Origin: Tissierellales bacterium
GTDB lineage: Bacteria; Bacillota; Clostridia; Tissierellales; DATGTQ01
Assembly (NCBI GenBank): GCA_035301805.1
Contig: DATGTQ010000130.1
Location: 300-64,299, forward strand
DNA: 64,000 nucleotides
Reading direction: 5' to 3'
This document shows positions 60,023 through 64,000 of the stretch, one piece after another. The translations under genes were made by a program, and so were the position numbers. Below the pieces are notes generated by a model. The model was given only the letters and a program-made list of their open reading frames with translations, did not search any database and was not told where the DNA came from. Within the stretch, counting starts at the first letter, position 1. Every line of letters begins with the position of its first letter.

Positions 60023-61399
60023 ATGAAGGAACAGGAACGAAAAAAATTAATATTAAATGGAGATATGTATAAGGTTATACTAACACTTTCACTTCCTTTA
60101 ATGGTAAATAATTTGATTCAGACTTTATACAATTTGGTAGATGGTATCTGGGTTAGTAAACTTGGATCAGTTCAGTTTGCTTCTACATCTTTTGTATGGC
60201 CTGTAATTTTTTTGTTTATATCTATAGGTATAGGTGTTTCTGTAGCAGGTACTTCAATATTATCTCAATTAGTTGGAGCATCAAAATACGATGAAGCAGA
60301 TGAATATGCTAGTCAATTAATTGCAATTTCTTTAATCATTTCTATTTTTTTTGCTATCGCGGGTTATTTGCTAAGTCCCTTTATTATAAAATTAATGGGG
60401 GGAACTGGAGATTTAGCTGAATACGGTAATACTTATTTACGTATTTCTTTTTTAGGATTTCCTTTTGTATTTATCTTTTTTAATTTTAACTCTATTATGA
60501 ATGCACAAGGTAATACTTTAGCTCCAACAATACTTAGTGGGATTAGTGCTATTCTAAATGTTATATTGGATCCTATCTTTATATTTAATTTGAATATGGG
60601 AGTAGCAGGCGCAGCTATAGCAACAATAATATCTCAAGCCGTACTTGCTGTTTTCGGTATAATATATATATTAAAATTTTCAACTAGTGAAATTAGACCA
60701 AACTTTAAAGATTTTAAATTTAATAAAGCTATTGTAAATAAAATAATTAAGGTAGGATTGCCAGCAAGTATCGGGCAATCAGGTGCGGCCTTAGGTTTTG
60801 TTGTTTTAAATAGTTTTATAGCCTCTTATGGTACATCAACTATGGCTGCTTTCGGAATGGTTAATAGAATAACTTCTTTAATAATGCAACCGCCTATGGG
60901 TATAGGTGCAGCTCTCACATCGATAATAGGTCAAAATTTAGGTGCTGAACAGGGAGTAAGAGCAAAGGAAGCCTTTAAAAAATCTTCTATAATAGTATTG
61001 TCAGTTTCTATAGTAGGTTGTATTTTTATGTTATTGAGGGATAAAGAAATTATAAATTTTTTCATTAGAACTAAAGATGATCCAGAGGTAATAAAACAAG
61101 GTATTAGTTATTTAAGATATATATCATACTCAATGCCATTAATGGGGATGTTTAGTATATTCCAGGGTGTTTTTCAGGGTTCAGGCCACACTAAATATTC
61201 AATGGCAATGGCTGTTGGAAGGCTTTGGTTTATTAGAATTCCTATGATATTAATCTTTAAACATTTTTCTAATTGGGGTCCTACTGGAATATGGTTTTCT
61301 ATGAGCTTTAGCAATTTATTAATATGTATATATGGTTATGTTGTATACAAAACAAAGGATTGGGAAAGCAAAATTATAGAAGTGGAAAATACAATGTAA
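60023..61399 (+). CDS. MATE family efflux transporter
   Basis: 12-TM protein with the typical MATE opening LSLPLMVNNLIQTLYNLVDGIWVSKLG and an internal repeat. ATG follows GGGGTGA. Confidence 0.85.
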   Translation: MKEQERKKLILNGDMYKVILTLSLPLMVNNLIQTLYNLVDGIWVSKLGSVQFASTSFVWPVIFLFISIGIGVSVAGTSILSQLVGASKYDEADEYASQLIAISLIISIFFAIAGYLLSPFIIKLMGGTGDLAEYGNTYLRISFLGFPFVFIFFNFNSIMNAQGNTLAPTILSGISAILNVILDPIFIFNLNMGVAGAAIATIISQAVLAVFGIIYILKFSTSEIRPNFKDFKFNKAIVNKIIKVGLPASIGQSGAALGFVVLNSFIASYGTSTMAAFGMVNRITSLIMQPPMGIGAALTSIIGQNLGAEQGVRAKEAFKKSSIIVLSVSIVGCIFMLLRDKEIINFFIRTKDDPEVIKQGISYLRYISYSMPLMGMFSIFQGVFQGSGHTKYSMAMAVGRLWFIRIPMILIFKHFSNWGPTGIWFSMSFSNLLICIYGYVVYKTKDWESKIIEVENTM

Positions 61400-61431
61400 T
61401 ATATTCTATATTATATATAAAATGTACAATT

Positions 61432-61456
61432 AAAAGCCCTGGAAACCAGGACTTTT
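61432..61456. terminator. Bidirectional hairpin
   Basis: aaaagccctgg-aaa-ccaggactttt with one mismatch, lying between convergent genes. Confidence 0.5.
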
Positions 61457-61458
61457 AA

Positions 61459-62238
61459 TTATACATGTACGTCTAAATCTTTCCAAATAGTATTAAAATA
61501 ATGTCTGAATTCTGGTGCTTCTCTACATTTCATAGGTGTCCGTACTTTATTTGGACAAGTTAATTCTATAGGAATAATATGCTTTATTGTTGCTGGACGT
61601 TTCGATAAAATAACAATTCGATCAGCCATAGATATAGCTTCTGCTATATCATGTGTTACCATTAGAGCAGTCTTTTTTTCTTCTTTTAGAATAACACCGA
61701 TTTCATCAGCTATTGCTAATCTAGTCTGATAATCAAGGGCAGAAAAAGGCTCGTCTAGTAATAAAAGTTCTGGTTCTGTTATGAGAGTACGTATTAAGGC
61801 GGCCCTTTGCCTCATACCTCCAGAAAGTTGTCTTGGGTAGCTATTTTTAAAATCCTCTAAACCATAGGCTCCTAATAGTTTTTCTGCTTTATTGTAAACT
61901 TCTTTATTTACATTACCTTGTATTTCTAGTCCTAATAAAACATTTTCTAATATTGTTCGCCATTCAAAAAGATGGTCCCTTTGAAACATATATCCTATAT
62001 CTTTAGAAGGTCTGGTAATGGTCTTTCTATTGACAATAACTTTCCCCTTATTAGGTTTTATTAATCCAGCAATAATAGATAATAAAGTAGATTTTCCACA
62101 ACCACTAGGGCCTACAATAACCACAATTTCTCCTTCATATATATCTAAATTAATATTTTTAATAGCCTCTGTTTCGCCTTTTAGGGTATGATAAGTCATA
62201 CTAATGTTATCTATTTCAACTATTTTTTTTTCCGTCAT
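61459..62238 (-). CDS. ABC transporter ATP-binding protein (NitT/TauT, SsuB-like), with no adjacent permease
   Basis: GPSGCGKST, LSGGMRQRAALIRTL, LLLDEPFSALD, THD. The ATG at 62238 follows GAAGGAGG. Confidence 0.8.
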   Translation of the reverse strand: MTEKKIVEIDNISMTYHTLKGETEAIKNINLDIYEGEIVVIVGPSGCGKSTLLSIIAGLIKPNKGKVIVNRKTITRPSKDIGYMFQRDHLFEWRTILENVLLGLEIQGNVNKEVYNKAEKLLGAYGLEDFKNSYPRQLSGGMRQRAALIRTLITEPELLLLDEPFSALDYQTRLAIADEIGVILKEEKKTALMVTHDIAEAISMADRIVILSKRPATIKHIIPIELTCPNKVRTPMKCREAPEFRHYFNTIWKDLDVHV

Positions 62239-62356
62239 TAAAATTCCTCCTTCAGGCAATTCTGTATTACTTTATTTTATTCTTAGTAGATAATTATGTG
62301 CTAGAATTAAATTATGATATAATAGCATTTATAATTTAGTTAAAGGGTGATAAAGA

Positions 62357-62950
62357 ATGCATCAATATACAGGCAAATTAATAGTACATACTGGATCAAT
62401 GTTTTCAGGAAAAACTTCTAGTTTAGAAAAGGATGTTAATAGATTTACTATTGCAGGATATAGGACTATAGCTTTTAAACCTATAATTGACAATAGGTTT
62501 GATAGAAGTGAAATAGTGACTCATAATTTTACATCTTTAAAGGCTATATTGGTAAAGGATATTTATGAACTAAAAGAATATTGTGAAGAATTAAAACCTC
62601 AAGTTATAGCTATAGATGAAGTACAATTTTTAGATGGTGAAACGGAAAAAATAGTAGAAATAATAAATGGGTTTTTAGCTAAGGATTTAACAGTAATAGT
62701 AGCAGGATTAGATATGGATTTTTCTAGCAGACCTTTTGAAGTTGTTAAAGAACTAATGCCTTTATCTGATTACTTATATAAGCATCATGCAGTATGTGTG
62801 GGATGTGGTACAGATGCCTGGGTAAGCCATAGAAAGACTGATGATGTTGAAAGAATAAAAATAGGGACTTCTGATGAGTATGAGCCTTTATGTAGAAAAT
62901 GTTTTTTAGAAAGAAATAAAAGTAACGGGGAGTCAGATGGTCTTATTTAA
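62357..62950 (+). CDS. tdk: Thymidine kinase
   Basis: GSMFSGKTSSL P-loop, IAIDEVQF, and the C-terminal zinc ribbon CVGCG...CRKC. Confidence 0.9.
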   Translation: MHQYTGKLIVHTGSMFSGKTSSLEKDVNRFTIAGYRTIAFKPIIDNRFDRSEIVTHNFTSLKAILVKDIYELKEYCEELKPQVIAIDEVQFLDGETEKIVEIINGFLAKDLTVIVAGLDMDFSSRPFEVVKELMPLSDYLYKHHAVCVGCGTDAWVSHRKTDDVERIKIGTSDEYEPLCRKCFLERNKSNGESDGLI

Positions 62951-62974
62951 TTTTAAACTGAAAGGAGTTTTATA

Positions 62975-63571
62975 GTGGCTATTTTTGATAAAGAGGCTAG
63001 TTGTTATGATGGGTGGTATGAGACTAAAATGGGGTCTTATGTAGATAAAGTAGAGACTGAACTTCCAGTTAAGACTATTAGACCAACTTATGTAAATCGT
63101 AAAGAAGAACTGTTAAAAGAGTCCTTTGAATTTGCGTAGAAAGGTGGAATTATTGATTTAACCTATGGTTCACGTGATTACTTAAAGCTAGGTAAGATCA
63201 TTGAAAAAGCAAAACATGATTCTATTCTTTTAGAGAATATTACCTTTAGTTCTGATGGCTATGGAAGTTAGTCTAGGTATGATGAAGATGGAAACATTAT
63301 TAAAATTGGAGTATTTCAAGTAAATGGTCTTTATAAGGAAATAAAAATGATGGTATTAGAGTTAAACTTTACTTTGGAAGAAGCATTAAAGTTTGTAACA
63401 ACCAATGTATCGAAAGTTCTAAAGCTTTATCCTCAGAAGGGTGTAATAATGGAAGGTTTAGATGCTAATTTATTGATTATTGATGAAAATTTAAGATTAG
63501 AAAGTGTTATTGCAAATGGAGAATTGATGATGGAAGAAAGTAAGGTGTTGAAAAAAGGAACGTATGAATAG
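62975..63571 (+). pseudogene. Chimeric pseudogene: methyltransferase N-terminus fused to the C-terminal half of isoaspartyl dipeptidase (iadA-like), with two in-frame TAG codons
   Basis: A single frame reads MAIFDKEASCYDGWYETKMGSYVDKVETEL (class I SAM-MTase-type N-terminus), joined near 63062 to PVKTIRPTYVNRKEELLKESFEFA-TAG-KGGIIDL...ITFSSDGYGS-TAG-SRYDEDGNIIKIGV...KGTYE. The second part is colinear with E. coli IadA (...PTHVNRN...EFARKGG...SSDGNGSQP...KGTFE). The TAG codons are at 63137 and 63269. Confidence 0.7.
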
Positions 63572-63969
63572 GATAATGATATACTAAAAGAAATAAATTT
63601 AACGTGAGATAGTTGACTTAGTGAAACTAATTGTATGGATTGTTGTCAAAATGGTTAAATTATAGTAATATATAATTATTGAATAATAAAGTAATAAATT
63701 TTAAGAAGAAAGGTATGGTAATAAGAACAATGAGCATATAATCCTTTTATGAAAGAACATGTTAGTTAAAATATTTATTTAAAAGCCTATTTTAATAGGT
63801 AATATTGTTGTATTTAAATGTTCTGGAAAGGATTATATTTATTATAATTTATTGAATACTTGATTACAGAATAACGCTATTTATTTTGTAATATGATTTT
63901 ATATTATTTTAAAGTATTTCAATTTAATTACTATTTATAGTCCTTCTAGTGTAATAGGAGGGATTTTTT

Positions 63970-64000
63970 ATGTTATGTTTTGAAGCTAATAATGTAAAAA
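63970..64000 (+). CDS. Start of an unidentified gene, truncated by the window end
   Basis: ATG 63970 lies 7 nt after AGGAGGGA and reads MLCFEANNVK.... This is too short to identify. Confidence 0.3.
   Translation, partial: MLCFEANNVK

Noticed and set aside
63137-63271. Two in-frame TAG codons in the iadA-like frame, considered as possible pyrrolysine or programmed read-through sites.
   Set aside because: The gene is 5'-truncated and fused to an unrelated N-terminus, so it is non-functional regardless. The TAGs replace ordinary Arg and Gln positions. No pyl genes or other TAG-containing intact genes are visible in the window.

Overview
Visibly AT-rich chromosomal segment with low-GC Firmicute (Clostridia-like) gene content and order. 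Most of it is conserved housekeeping: ftsE-ftsX-M23 peptidase-S41 peptidase; uvrB-uvrA behind a promoter carrying a LexA (Cheo) box; dps behind a PerR-like box; recX; uvrC; hprK; pyruvate:ferredoxin oxidoreductase; murB-PHP-rapZ-yvcK ... whiA-dnaE-pfkA-pyk. I found no rRNA, tRNA, CRISPR array, transposase or prophage. Three regions look accessory or unusual. (1) 44049-55099 is a 13-gene co-directional cluster. It joins two exported rhodanese lipoproteins, a YnjBCD-type ABC importer, two TVP38/DedA-like membrane proteins and an HdrD-like Fe-S/CCG protein to four more genes: a GT2 transferase, a DUF2064 (CofC-like) nucleotidyltransferase, an APH/choline-kinase-like kinase and a CDP-alcohol phosphotransferase. 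This is my best candidate for an undescribed system (import, then activation and transfer of a small head-group, possibly linked to sulfur or selenium). (2) 56561-57692 holds a TPP riboswitch with its own terminator, followed by two proteins of unknown function. (3) Decay and rearrangement sites: an ABC ATPase relic with a stop codon inside the P-loop, a chimeric methyltransferase::isoaspartyl-dipeptidase pseudogene, and two opposite-strand genes inserted into the rapZ-yvcK-whiA triad. All family assignments come from reading the translations and remembered motifs; no searches were run. Several starts from the ORF track were moved to sites with a good Shine-Dalgarno sequence.
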